Assembly (NCBI GenBank): GCA_965153285.1
Contig: OZ229115.1
Direction: 5' to 3' (one strand)
Origin: Podarcis tiliguerta
Taxonomy: Eukaryota
Length of the DNA: 64,000 nucleotides
Under the pieces are notes generated by a model that was not told where the DNA came from, ran no database searches, and saw nothing but the letters and a program-made list of their open reading frames with translations. Made by a program: the position numbers and the translations under genes. Of this stretch, positions 22,914 to 35,164 are shown in pieces (position 1 is the first letter of the stretch; each line of letters starts with the position of its first letter).

Positions 22914-25054
22914 GTAAGGACCACGAGAAGCGAAGGGACTGTGTGCTGCCTAAGACAGCCATTCCAGAGATGGCATTAAGGAAGCTTTGTCACAGTGGAA
23001 CTTTGCTCTGCAAAGCTTAAGCTAATAAAATCAGATGTATAAAACAACTCAGAATCTCCTTCCCCTTCTCCATGCCTCTCTTGCCGGGTGCCTTGCAGTC
23101 CATAGGAAGAAAATAGATTATCTGCCCCACTCTATGTGCTTCTTCACTTTCCACACCCCTGTAATCTTTAGGATTATCCATTGTTCCAAGCCAGAATGAA
23201 TAAGGGAGGGGAAATGGTGGATAATGCCATTGCTTCTGCAAATGTGTAAATAATGTCCACCCATAATGAAGATACTCAAGCCCTTCTGCTCCGTCCCATG
23301 CTGGGTCTCTCACTTTCAGCCTCATTTACTTGTAATGGCTCATTAGAGCTGGTCAAATGCTTCATTACTCTTCTGGTCTGAGCACTTGTGTGGCGGACAT
23401 AGCAAACATGCAGGCAGGAGAATAGAGGCCGCAGAGCAGGCGGAGAAGGTGCCCTTGTGCCACAAGGTTGGGTACTGCATGTACAAGAGTGAATGTGCAC
23501 AAGAGCACTTTGGCTAGCAGAGCAAACTCTCCAAGCAACTGGTTTTATTTTGTGGTGCAACTGCAGCTGCCCTCTACATAAGATCTGCTGCCCTCACAAA
23601 GTTCTCTGCCAGTTCTTTCTGAAACCTGTGCCAGGTTGTGAGCTCCAGCTTGGCACTCAACTCAGTCGTCGTGTTCTTAAACTAGAGGAATGAAGCCACA
23701 ATATCATAAATGGCTGTGGCTGAAAGAACGATTGCAGAGCCACAGATTACTTTGTCATTTAGCACTTTATCAGTCTCGTTTCATTTATCACTGCATTATT
23801 CTGCATTTCATTTCCCTGTGACTTCATTGGTTACAGCCCCCTCCATGTCCCCAGGCATGTGTATATATACATATACCTGTAATTCAGAGTAACACATCAT
23901 GCATCTAATGGGCTGTAGTTCACAAAAGCTATGCCACAGTGAATTTATTAGTCTTTAAGGCACCGCAAATACCTTCCTTGTTTTTGCTGCCCCCTGGAAT
24001 TCAACATTTATTGTTTTGTTTCCCCAAGAAGTGTCAGAAATTTAGTTCTAATCTTAGAACTTGGGGAACGTGTAGTTATTTCTCAGTAATGTGAAAATGG
24101 GCTCTAGAATATTATTTTTTACTATTCTGCATGTTCTAGGACTTAGCCCTGCTACTGAACCAGGTTCCAGAGACAAAATGTGGCTCAAATTAAGCCAGGC
24201 AGGTGTTTCCTGCTGAGCATCCACAAAAGCAGCTGCTATGGGCACGTTTTCTGTGTGTTTCAGAGAAGAGACTATTTAAGATCTCCGCTTTCAGACTGGC
24301 AGAATTTGGTCAACAGGCATCTCCGCAGGGGCTAAAAGTGAGACCAGTGTACGCCTCTACCTTGAGCAGGGCAACAGGAAGCCTCCACTAAAACAGAGAA
24401 CATGGCCCTCCCTGAACATATGTCTTCTGGCAGGCATTAAAAAAAAGATATAAGCGTAGCATGTATTGGAACAGAGCCAGCCAATTTTGTATTGCTTTTT
24501 TGGTTGCAACTTGCCAGTCCCTTGTATGACTTGGAAGCCTTTGCATGCTAGAAGCCCCATGTGAATCCTGCTGTATTCAGGGCTTATGCTAGAGCTTCGA
24601 GGACAGCCATGAGTTAGTCTGCTGTTCAGTGTGGAACATAATGCCCAGTGGGTGTTCCTTGACATATAACCCCCTAGGGTGATGTGTTTATAATGGCATA
24701 ATAGGTATTATAAACCACTTAGTCACTACCCGCCAGGCCTGATGCTCAATTGGCTGCATCTCCAAAGCCTATAATTTGGCTCTTCGTGTGTCTGAGGCTG
24801 GCAACTTGTTCTCAGCTGGACTATTCCTTTCTGGCACTGAGGGAGGCCACTTTCTAGCTGATGTGGTTCTGAATGTTCCATTACTGTGGAGAGGAGGTTT
24901 GTTTTCACGATGTCTGTTAATTCCCTGGGTGCCCATGAGGAAAATTGCAGGTGGGCAGCTTGGGGCTATTGTACCAAGGGACAACTCAGAATTAAGCAAG
25001 GAAGAGACCTGATCAATGATCTTTGTCTGTTCTCCTCTCTCTCATACTCATCAG

Positions 25055-25206
25055 AAGAAGTATGCAGCCAGCCCCTACTCAGATGAGATTGTGATGGAGG
25101 TTTCAGCAAAACAGCAGGATGAACCAGAGATGCTGTGGGTGATGGGGCCTGTCCTGGCTGTCATCTTAATCATCATCATTGTCATTGCTATCCTGCTCTT
25201 CAAAAG
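25055..25206 (+). CDS. PTPRF: PTPRF transmembrane exon
   Basis: atcag| KKYAASPYSDEIVMEV…EPEMLWVMGPVLAVILIIIIVIAILLFK |gtgagc; 152 nt. Confidence 0.96.
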
Positions 25207-25988
25207 GTGAGCACACGCCTATGCCCGCGCAATGTGGTGGTGTCCATGGTGCAGTATTGTGCCAAGCTCAAGAACATTTACAGTGAGCAAACTATATGAT
25301 AAATCCAAGGACACTGTCTCTTCGGGGGGATGTGGTCTGAACCTTCCTGAAGGTGTTTCTCAATGGAGCCTGCAAAACAGTGCTATGTAAGGCAAGCCCT
25401 AGGAAGGGGTGGGGAGCATGGGATCACATTCAGTGGTTTCTGCATTTCATTTTGTGCTGGGAAGGTATATACTGGAAGTGAACTGGGGCTGTGTCAGTGC
25501 CAGATGAACTGTGAAGCCATAGGACATGGCTTCTGCTTAGTGGTTCTAGGGTGATGACCTGGATCACCATGCCTCAGATTAAGTAAAAGGCTCTGGCCAA
25601 GAAATGCCTATATCCCTTGATTTATTCAGAGGCCTGGTGCTTTCCCCCAAGTCTTCTTGGCTCCAAGGATGAACCCTCCATGTGGTAACAGGGACCCTTT
25701 GTTCCAGAGATTTGTCCTCAGCCTAGTCATAGGTGTTCTGATCCATGATCTGGGACATGGGTGTCAAGGGCTTGGGCTGTTAAAAGAAGCAGGAGCTGCT
25801 CATTTGGTTACAGGGAGTGCTTACTCTCCCATCGTTGCTCTGGGAAGCTGTCATCATTTTTCTCCAACTAAATGTGCATAATAACACCAAGAGGGGAGGT
25901 GACTTTGGGTTATTGCATGCACAATTAGTACCTTTTTGTAACCTGGATTTCCTCTTTTTTTCTCTATTTCTGCTGTCCCTGGATCTAG

Positions 25989-26000
25989 CAAACAAGAAAG
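25989..26000 (+). CDS. PTPRF: 12-nt alternative juxtamembrane microexon (inserts SKQE)
   Basis: Pyrimidine tract with TGC, ctag|CAAACAAGAAAG|gtagac. Phase 2-2 gives FK-SKQE-RKR, the position of the 4-aa insert recalled for LAR-family RPTPs. Confidence 0.85.
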
Positions 26001-27590
26001 GTAGACATCTGCCCTCCTCCCCCCACCCTTACTAATCCTTTGCTTTGTCTGTTTCACATCCACTATTTCATCTTGTTAAAAACAGTAAGCATAAGTCTTC
26101 CTATCCAGACTAATCTGGCTTTTGGATATTGCTCTGCCTACCTAGCCATTGTGGTGTCCTAAACTCCTTTAACCTTCTCTTGCTGTTATATTTAAATAAA
26201 TGGCTTCACAAGTAAGGTGTGACAGAGTTTTAGAAAATTCCTTTTCAGTGCATTTGGTGTTCCAGGATTTGTGGGGTTATTTGCCCCCTATATTGATCAA
26301 GGATGTGACATTACCATGAGCTGACTCTAGTTCCTTGGCATAATCAGCATGCTCTATAAACCAGTTAATAAGGCCTTGCTCTGAGCTGTTCCCTTTTCAG
26401 TGTCACTGTGTGTGTCCTACAAAGGTCTCCCACTGCTTGCTGACTTTGGTGTCTAGCTGATTCTTAGTAAATCTGGAAGTAATGCTGTTACAACAGAGTG
26501 ACACTGACTTTCAGCAGGAGGCAGGAACCAAAGCAAAGTCTTAGGCTTATTTCAACAATGGTCCCCTTTGGTGATAAATTCAAGTTGATGCAGGGCTCTT
26601 ATTTCAGATGTTGTAATGTGGTGGCTGCTTTATAAATGACTCCCCACTTCATGCATGCAAGTGCATACAGCTGAACAAACTTTTGTTTTCTCCCCTCACA
26701 GCACAGAGAGCTCGTGAGGCACCATGCTAATTGTGGAAATTTCTCCCTTCTAACAAATAGAGTTGTGCCGTCAGGCAAAGTAAAAAAATCCTTCTCAGGG
26801 TGCTATCAACAGTGTCTCCAGGTTAATCATAAGTGCTTTGGGCTTCTGATGTGTTTGAAAAAGCAACAGATACACACACCTCTCTGCTGAATTGCCTGCA
26901 GGATTGCAGCACAGTGCTCCTTAATACCAGGCTGGGGTGTTTCTGTTTCTGTTGAATACCCCCTCCCCGTGGCTTAGTTACCCCAGAAAACACATTGCAA
27001 CTTTAAGAGGCAACACCATATGAGGTTTTTTGGTTTAATGGTAGCCACTGGACATCACTGATAACTCTTCTTGTCATGCCAAAATTTCCTGTAAATGTCT
27101 CCCATTTAATCACTGAGCAGGTTCATCTCTGCTTAGCTAGTGAAATCTACTAGGATAAGAGCCTAGGGTGGTGGAGCTGCAGGCATAAATATAGCATGAA
27201 GAGACAACAGTGTATTTTATTGTTCCATTAACACACGCCTGGGGGGCCTTCAGCCACTCAAGACAAGTATTAATGGACCAATAAAATTCACCCTGAAGAG
27301 CCCTTACCCTATTATATTACAACTCTTCACATTTTAAATAATTTTTTTAATACTTGGCAAAATCTTAAGTATATTCATCCACCACAGGAAATAGTTCCCA
27401 ACACTGGTGTGTGGAAGATGGAAGTGGAACTGGAGATTTTGTAAGCATGTGTCTGGCTCTGGGGAGGGAGTTACCAGTCCCCCTTAGTGCTAGGTGCATT
27501 ATTGAGTCTGCTACAGGGTCATCTTGAAGCTCTCTGCCATTTGGTCCATGCCCAGATCTACCTTCTGAGCTGCGCCTTCTCTTCCTTTAG

Positions 27591-27706
27591 GAAAAGGGCC
27601 AATTCACCCTCCGCCAAGGATGAACACTCCATTGGCCTGAAGGACTCCTTGCTGGCCCATTCCTCTGACCCTGTTGAAATGAGGAGACTCAACTATCAAA
27701 CACCAG
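27591..27706 (+). CDS. PTPRF: PTPRF juxtamembrane exon
   Basis: tttag| KRANSPSAKDEHSIGLKDSLLAHSSDPVEMRRLNYQTP |gtaggt; 116 nt. Confidence 0.96.
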
Positions 27707-29624
27707 GTAGGTACCATTTGACGGCCCTACAGAGGCCCGTGCTTCTTTTACTGGCAGAAGTTTGTGATAAGAGAGCCTCTTCTTCCCTTTGCAGTGTTGT
27801 GTGCACCTTCTCAGGCTAGGTTCAGAATGGGGATGGCAGGCTTTCTGTTGGCTCAATAGCCTGACTATACATGCATCACAAAGTGCTGGAAGGCATAGCG
27901 TGACAAAGAAAGGCTCTAATGGAGCCCTTGTCATGATTTATCTTATATTCCATAGATAACACTCAGTTTTCTGGCCCACATCGTGCTTTCCAGATATGGT
28001 CTCAAAATTAGCCAGCAAAAGGAAAGTCCAACATGCCAGTAGGTCCACTGTCAAGTAGCAGATAGGCAGGTTCATGATTCAGCTCCTGCAGTGCTTCCAA
28101 CTCTTAAGGTACGTTGCAGTTGTAATAGATGCTGCTTAGCTGTGTCAGCAAAACAATCTGTCTTCAACAGAGTCTATTTCCTAGATTTCTTGCTTTGTGG
28201 AGGGCCTCACATCCTCATCTGAGGCAGGATGTGGTTTGCATTCTATCGTGTTAGAGTTGAAGCAACCTATTCCTTCCTTATTTAGATTGTGGGATTCATG
28301 AAGGCTATTGAATGATGTTAGTGGTCAGTGGGGGCTTCTAGCTCAGTACACCCAGACTCTATCTAGCAAGATGTGACCTGTATTCCTTTTCCTCAAAACT
28401 ATTTGTCCTCCTATAATAGATTTTGGGGGGAAAGCAGTTGCAGGAAGGGAATTGGAAGTTGTGTCCTGTGACTATGTGCAGTGCTGCTCTCTTGTCTCTC
28501 TTTCTAGGCTTGAGTCCTTTACCTCATACTGCCTTGCAGATGGGTCAGAGGACGGGGGCTTGTGTGGGTTGTACGCCCCCACTTGTAGAATTGGGAGCAT
28601 GACCCACCCTATTAGTGTAAAGTCATTATTCCACCAGATGGTTTGCAGAGTCCAACATGACAGGAGAGTTAGAGGTCTAGTCCAGAGTAGTCACAGAGAG
28701 AAGATAGAGGCATGGACATGGTGCAGAGTTGTATGTGCTAACAAGGGATGTTGCACAAAAGGGAAGCTTGACAAAAGAAAGCGAGTTAGCCTCATAGTGC
28801 ATACGCAATCCCCCACACATATTCTCAGGCGGGACCATACTTGCTGAGCTGCTAGCTTGAGCTTTTGCACCCTTTTATCTTCTCAGGTGCCCAGTAGGGA
28901 ACAATCAGTGTACAAAAAAAGTTCTGGTATTATTGTTTCAGCCTGAGACACTTAGTTGCCTCTACCTAGCCTCACCCTCTTCTGTGATGGATGGGTGCCT
29001 TCTGTGGGCCAGACAGCAGCAACTAAACCCTGAGCAGTCTCATAGTTGATATCCCTTCTGGCAAATGTAGAGGCAGGAAAGGCCTTGCTCAGTACATAAT
29101 TAATCAAGCTGCTGTTATTAAATATTAAGCTTATCACTTTAATAGTTTCCACTTCAGACACAGGTTCTTGCGTGAATTGTCAGCTCCTTTGTTCTCATGT
29201 TCCATTTTGCAGACTTGTGGCAGGTCAGGCAGGGTGATGTCGCTACTAAGCGATTGGGTGAATTTTGACTACACCTTGGTTCCAAGGCTCTGCTGCTGTC
29301 TCATGTAGGAGGGAAGCATGGTCTTGGAAAGCAGCATGTGCTGGGAATAGGAACTCTGTTTCCTGGCCAACAAGCAAAGCCATCTATCATGTCTGTTGTG
29401 GGGAAATCCTCTTTGTGAAATAATCCTGGTTGTACTTGGTGCTTGTCTTAATACATCACCCTCCATGCTGCCACATGTGTAGCAAGCATCAAGCTGCAAT
29501 TCCCATCCCTAAAAATAGGAATGTGAAGGTTGTGTTGGGGATTTTTGTGCTGCCCTTTGACCCTCCTCTGTCGCATCTTTAACTCTTCCCTCAGCAACAG
29601 CTAATGGGATTTCTGTTCTTTCAG

Positions 29625-29657
29625 GTGCCAGTGGCCCCAGTTGCCAGAATATCTCAA
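29625..29657 (+). CDS. PTPRF: 33-nt alternative microexon (LASE-a equivalent), (G)ASGPSCQNIS(S)
   Basis: tttcag|33 nt|gttagt, phase 1-1; resembles recalled mammalian LASE-a GSSAPSCPNISS. Confidence 0.9.
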
Positions 29658-30261
29658 GTTAGTTTTCTCTCCTCCTCCTTTTTCTTCTTCCTCACTATCT
29701 TTTCCCCGCCTCTTTCTTTCTCATCTTTTTTGTTCAGTGTCATGAAGGTCAACCTCACTCACCACAGACTTAGTGCTAACCCTTCTCTTGCTAGTGAGCC
29801 AGGCTGCCCCCCACAAACTAGTCTCTGGTGCTACTCACATACAATGCTCCAGCCTGCATGTGAAGAAAGAGAGAGAGATTAACACGTCACAGTTTTCCAA
29901 ACAATGAAATTCATAAATCAGCCAGCAAAATTGCAATCTTGACTGAGTGCATGAGGCTGCAGCAGCTCTTTCTTTGGTATGTCATAGGACCCCAACTTAG
30001 GGAAGCAAGGCCTGGCTGCAGTTGCAAAGGATGCACTTATATCATGTGGAGGCCATACAGCCTCTCCTCCAAAATGAAAAGGAAGTGTTCTCTATCCAAA
30101 TGTAGTCCAGCAAGCTAGGACTTGCTCATCTCCTCCATATGCTCCTCAGCCACTGTTTCGCAGGCAGCACCTTATTGGAATGCCTTAAACCCAAATGTAT
30201 TTATTTAGGCATTCAGTCATTCTTAAACCCAGTTCAGGTTATGCAGGTATAAAAACAATGA

Positions 30262-30262
<1 letters not shown>

Positions 30263-30298
<36 letters not shown>

Positions 30299-30505
30299 CA
30301 TCCAAGGATCACAGGGCGGTTTACAATATAAAACTACAAAAATACATACTATAGCAACAAACGAAAACCACCCACACAAACAGTTTAAAAGGTCATAGAT
30401 TGTCTAATTAGCCAAAGGCCTGGGAGAAAAGGAATGAAGAAGGGCCTCAGATGATGATTGCAGGGTTCAGGCTGGTTGATATGAGGAGAGGTAGTCCTCG
30501 AGGTA
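30263..30505 (-). mobile_element. (TTA)n microsatellite tail plus L2-like LINE 3' end
   Basis: ~11 ATT units followed by cagggcggtttacaa…ccaaaggcctgggagaa…gggcctcag. Confidence 0.55.
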
Positions 30506-30566
30506 CAATACAAAATAATACATGAGAGTAGCAGAAATTAAAATTTACAAAACCAAGTCCTGGGGA

Positions 30567-30621
30567 TCATAGAATCATAGAGTTGGAAGAGACCACAAGG
30601 GCCATCGAGTCCAACCCCCTA
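30567..30621 (-). mobile_element. CR1 3'-terminal fragment
   Basis: tcatagaatcatagagttggaagagaccacaagggccatcgagtccaacccc, the reverse complement of an ATTCTATG-type CR1 tail. Confidence 0.7.
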
Positions 30622-32004
30622 AATAATTATTTTATGGATAATTATTTTATGGATAATTCCATAAAATCCCAACACTTAAAAATGTTTGTGAAAACAAAAA
30701 AGTTTTGAGCTGATGCAAAAAGGATAACTCCATGGGCACTGACCCTTGATGTGGGACATCAAAAGGGGACTTCTGTTCACATCTTAACAACCAGGCGGGA
30801 CAGTACTGGGAGTGGTGCTCCTTCAGGAGTCCTGAGTCATGCAGGACTTAATAGGTTGGTGATAGTGCATTGGATTGATCTCAGAAATGTATTGGAAACC
30901 TGTGTAAATCCCATAGAATTAGAATAATATGATTCCAGGTGGTTGACCCACTAACCAAATGGGCTGCTGCATTTCCCTCTAACTGCAACTTCTGAACCAT
31001 CTGCAAGAGTAGTCCCTCATGCAGCTGCTCTTTTATTCTTTTGCTCTCTCTGCCTGTGTCTTAATGAATGTGAAGTGCAGTGTGTCACCTACAAATACTG
31101 TCTTAATTTTCTGAGCTTCTGGTGGACAAAGGAGAAGCATGGGATTTTGCTCTATATTGTGCCTGTAAAGTTTACTTTGGCTCTGGCCTCCACGGCAAGA
31201 GGAAAATGTGGGGGGGGGGGGAGGGCAGGAATTGCTGCAGATTTTACTTCCTATTGATACTTTGAGAATTGCAGAGTAACAGAGATGAGGTTTAACTTGT
31301 AAGAAGAATAGATCCTGACTCTTGATTAGGGGCTGGTGTAAGTCTACTTTGTGAGATTGTGCATCATTGCACAGTCATCAAACTCAAGAAGGCTAGATGC
31401 ACAAAAGCTTACTTTCCGGACCCTCTTTGCTCCCTACCTATCACTAGGCAAAATATTCTTTGATAAGGAATGGTTTTTAATTGCCCAGCCACTAGATACA
31501 GGTTTTCTTGGTGCCTTTCTTATAGATGCATGGCTGTGAGTGCTTAAGACTTGTCCGCTGCCTCAGTCACTGAGAACATGAGAGTGGGCTGTTGAGAGAT
31601 ACAGAAAGTGGTCCCAGGGCCCAGTGAGCAATGCTGGCATCTGTTCAGGATCTCTGTATCTGTACTGTAGTGTGCACTGTCTGAATGGAATGCAGGGCGC
31701 AGACTCCAAGGGCTTTGTACTTTATTGCCTAGGCCCCTTCCAGCCTCAGTCCATACAGCAGTATCTTCACCCTTTTTGGCCTGGTATTATATGTAGAAGC
31801 CATCTGGCTGGTCGCTGTCTCATCAGAGCATGCACACATACATTGTGCCATTGCGTGGGCACTGCATGCCATGTTTCCTCACTCACGTTCCATCCATCGC
31901 GCCACATTGCCATTTGGTCTGCTGTGCGCATGTGCGGGAACACTCTTCAGCTGTGCAATAACTTCTTACCCTGCTACCTCCCCTCCTTATGTTTGATCTG
32001 GTAG

Positions 32005-32102
32005 GCATGCGTGATCATCCTCCCATTCCAGTGACGGACCTCGCAGACAACATCGACCGACTGAAGGCCAATGATGGGCTGAAGTTTTCCCAGGAATATG
32101 AG
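32005..32102 (+). CDS. PTPRF: PTPRF exon, wedge region preceding D1
   Basis: ggtag| [32 protein letters not shown] |gtgagt; 98 nt. Confidence 0.96.
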
Positions 32103-32148
32103 GTGAGTCTGCTTGGGTGTTTATCTTGGATCTGTATTCTTCCAGGCT

Positions 32149-32274
32149 CAGGGGTCAACAACCTGGTGCCCTCCGGATTTCTGGACTGCAACTCCCATGA
32201 GCCCCAGCCAGAGAGTTAATGAGAGTTGTGATTTAGAATGTCTCGATAGCACCGGAATGGTTGCTTTTGACCTG
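32149..32274. mobile_element. Degraded hAT-type MITE
   Basis: caggggtcaacaacctggtgccctccggatttctggactgcaactccc…tgacctg; related to 46918-47053. Confidence 0.5.
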
Positions 32275-35164
32275 GACAATAGTTTTGTCTGCCACTCCTC
32301 AGCCCAACCTAACATTGCAGAACTTACAAAAGAATTCTGCCCATAGCTGCCCTATATCCTGGGAAAAAAGTGTAAAATGTAATGTGTGAACGGTCAAGTG
32401 CAGACTTGTTTTGCTTCCAGTATATAGAGAAATATAGATATAGATTCTCACATAAGGTTTGGCACACTTTCTGTTAGTTATTAATTATATTGGAAAAGGT
32501 TACAGTTTCAGTAGCCTCGGAGTGCTGTTTATGCTGTGATGGAGGCCAAAATAGTGGTATTGAGAGGCCAGGAATTATGGTGGCTTTTGCAGGCAAACTC
32601 CTTCTCTCCACGATGAACCATTTACTAGGCAGATGATTAATTTGAAAAATTGCTATGTTGGAAAAAGTTCCCTTGTAGCTATTAGAGTCACAGTAGCAGG
32701 ATAAATGTTTTCCTGTGCTTGCAGCATGCCCTGTAGGGCCACTTCAGCTGTGAGGGGCTTAAATCATAAATAAAACTCTTCTCATATGTGTAGAGGGGGA
32801 GGATAAATTGAGGAAGTGTCCTTTTCATGCATTATTGGCCCTGCTTGAATTGTTATCTTCTTTTGCCCCTGACCTCCCCTTGCAGCAGCATATCTCCCTT
32901 GATTCAGGGGATGTGATACAAGCATTGCCCAGAAGCCAAGATTATAGAGGCCAGGGAGAAGCACTGGCTGGCTAAAGGCTAGCATGGGAAAGAGGCACCA
33001 AAGCCTAGCAAGGTTTGGAAAGACTGTTAACCACACACTGCTGATCCACAGCATTTAGCAGGGAAGGAGTCTGTTTTCCAGGAACTCCCAGCTGGGTGAG
33101 TGCTTATGAGGCTGTTAGCCTGCCAGGACCCAAAATCCCACATGCAAGCCCATTTATAATTGGGCTCTTGTTTTCATAGATCATTGTGACAGCATCCATT
33201 TTTTTCTGGAAGGTGGTACGGAAGAGGACCATGGACAGCATTAGCTACAATAGTATCAGGGCCGGTGGAGGGTGCTGAGTGTTCTCACTCTTATAGGGGG
33301 CTTCAATCACACTTTAAAGAACACACTATCTCTTAAAAGTGGTCATTAGATACAATTCTGACTTGCAACCTTCCAATCCCTCTCTCTCAAATTCCAGTTT
33401 CAAGTAAACATCGGTTGCATTTACCATGATTAAGTAGCTATTAAGGAAGGAACTAATTTTGGTATATGGATTTTTCTTGGGGATTCTGCTGCCTTATACC
33501 CCCGTCTGAACCATTCATCTTTGTTAAGTCCAGGGCAGGCTGAGTAACAGGAGAGGATTTTCCCACTAGCGCAGGGAGAAGGCGCACTGAAGCAACACTC
33601 ACTCAGAAAGTTGGAAAATAAAGAAATAACCCTTTATTGTTTTTTGTCCTTGTCACTACTGGAGAAAATTTGAACTTTCAGGCCTAGCAAGCACTTTGAT
33701 ACCACAGGCACTCTGTTAGGGCCATGGTTGTGTGGTGTGGAAGAAGAAATCTAGAATAGTAGGTAGATGATTCAGGAGCAGTCTTGTGTATCTAAGCTGA
33801 GTAGTGGAAGAGCAATATAGTGCTGAGATGTGGGGATATACTGAGACATTGAGAAGGCATTCTGCATCACAACACAGATCACAGTTCTTCCTCTCAGCCT
33901 AATCCTGTGAGTTCAAGAACCCAGCTAATTGAACTGGGTTTGCAGCTGGCTGAAGCAGCAAGAAGGAAAGGGGAAGCAGTTTGGATCAGCCCTTGAGGCT
34001 ATTTGTGTGCTCATTAATTTGGGTAGAATTGCATGTTACGTATCTCACACAAACCTAGCCGCAAAACCGCTGCATAAAGGACATGCTCAAAGCCATAGGT
34101 AATTCAGAGGTCTGCATACTTAATACTTCAGCCACAGGGATGGAATAGCATTAGGAGTACCTGCTCAGGGCAAAACCTAGCTCATAAGCAAAATAAGAAA
34201 CACTACAGTTCCTAGCCTCGACTTCAGGACCTCAGGGGTAGTAGTAGAGAAAGTGTGGTCAAGCACTGTGCCAGCAGCCTGCAGAGGGTGTAGCTGCACT
34301 AGAATTAGGAGCGGAAAAAAGGATTTGCCCAGCAAAACAGCTGCCTGGTGCTGCCAGTGCTGGTTATGAGCCCTTGTGGATCTCAAGCCAGTGTGTCATT
34401 CTCCATGTGACTTGCACAGACCGTAAGGAGTGGAAGTGGCTTAGCTCATTGTTGCTCTTGATAGGTCTGGATGTCAAACCACAGAGAGAGCATCTTTAGC
34501 TCCTACAGCACACTGAACCTTGGAGAGAATTTACAGCCAGGGATTAATAGAATTAAATAAGCACAATCACGCCAGCATGTTAATTATTTATCTACACTTG
34601 CTGTGCTAGAGCAATGCTTGTATTTGAGCTCCTCCTGTTGGACTGTTGCCTGTACTGCAGACAGGCTGTGCCCACAAGATACTCAAAGCAGGTGGTCTGC
34701 CAGACTGTGGATAAATATTAGGCAATTTTGAGGTGGGGCCAGTCTTCCTCCTCGGCTCAGTGAGTGAGCAAATGAGATTCCTTCTGTCACCGACTAGCGA
34801 GCTGGAGTGCTTCCTCCTTCTCTCCCCCCCCCCCACACGGTCGCATGCAAATAGGAAGCAGATGCTGTGTGTTGTGCAGTAAGTGAATTAGCTAGAGCTC
34901 TTTTCCTTGTATCTGTCAATGAGGTGAGAAGACTAGTGCTGCTGCTGCTGCTGCTCACGATCCTTTCTAGGCTTCCACGTTGCCCCTTCTCTTGGGTTCA
35001 AAATATATTCAGGTCTTTGAAACAATTGCAGCATCATGCTCTGACAGATACATTTACTGGAATGTTATACGGTGGTGAGGAACAAGTTTTAGCTTTACTG
35101 ACCTGCCATGTAATGTGTTGGCATGCATCGGTCTTGGGAGACAATGGAGGAGTGCACTTTTGAG

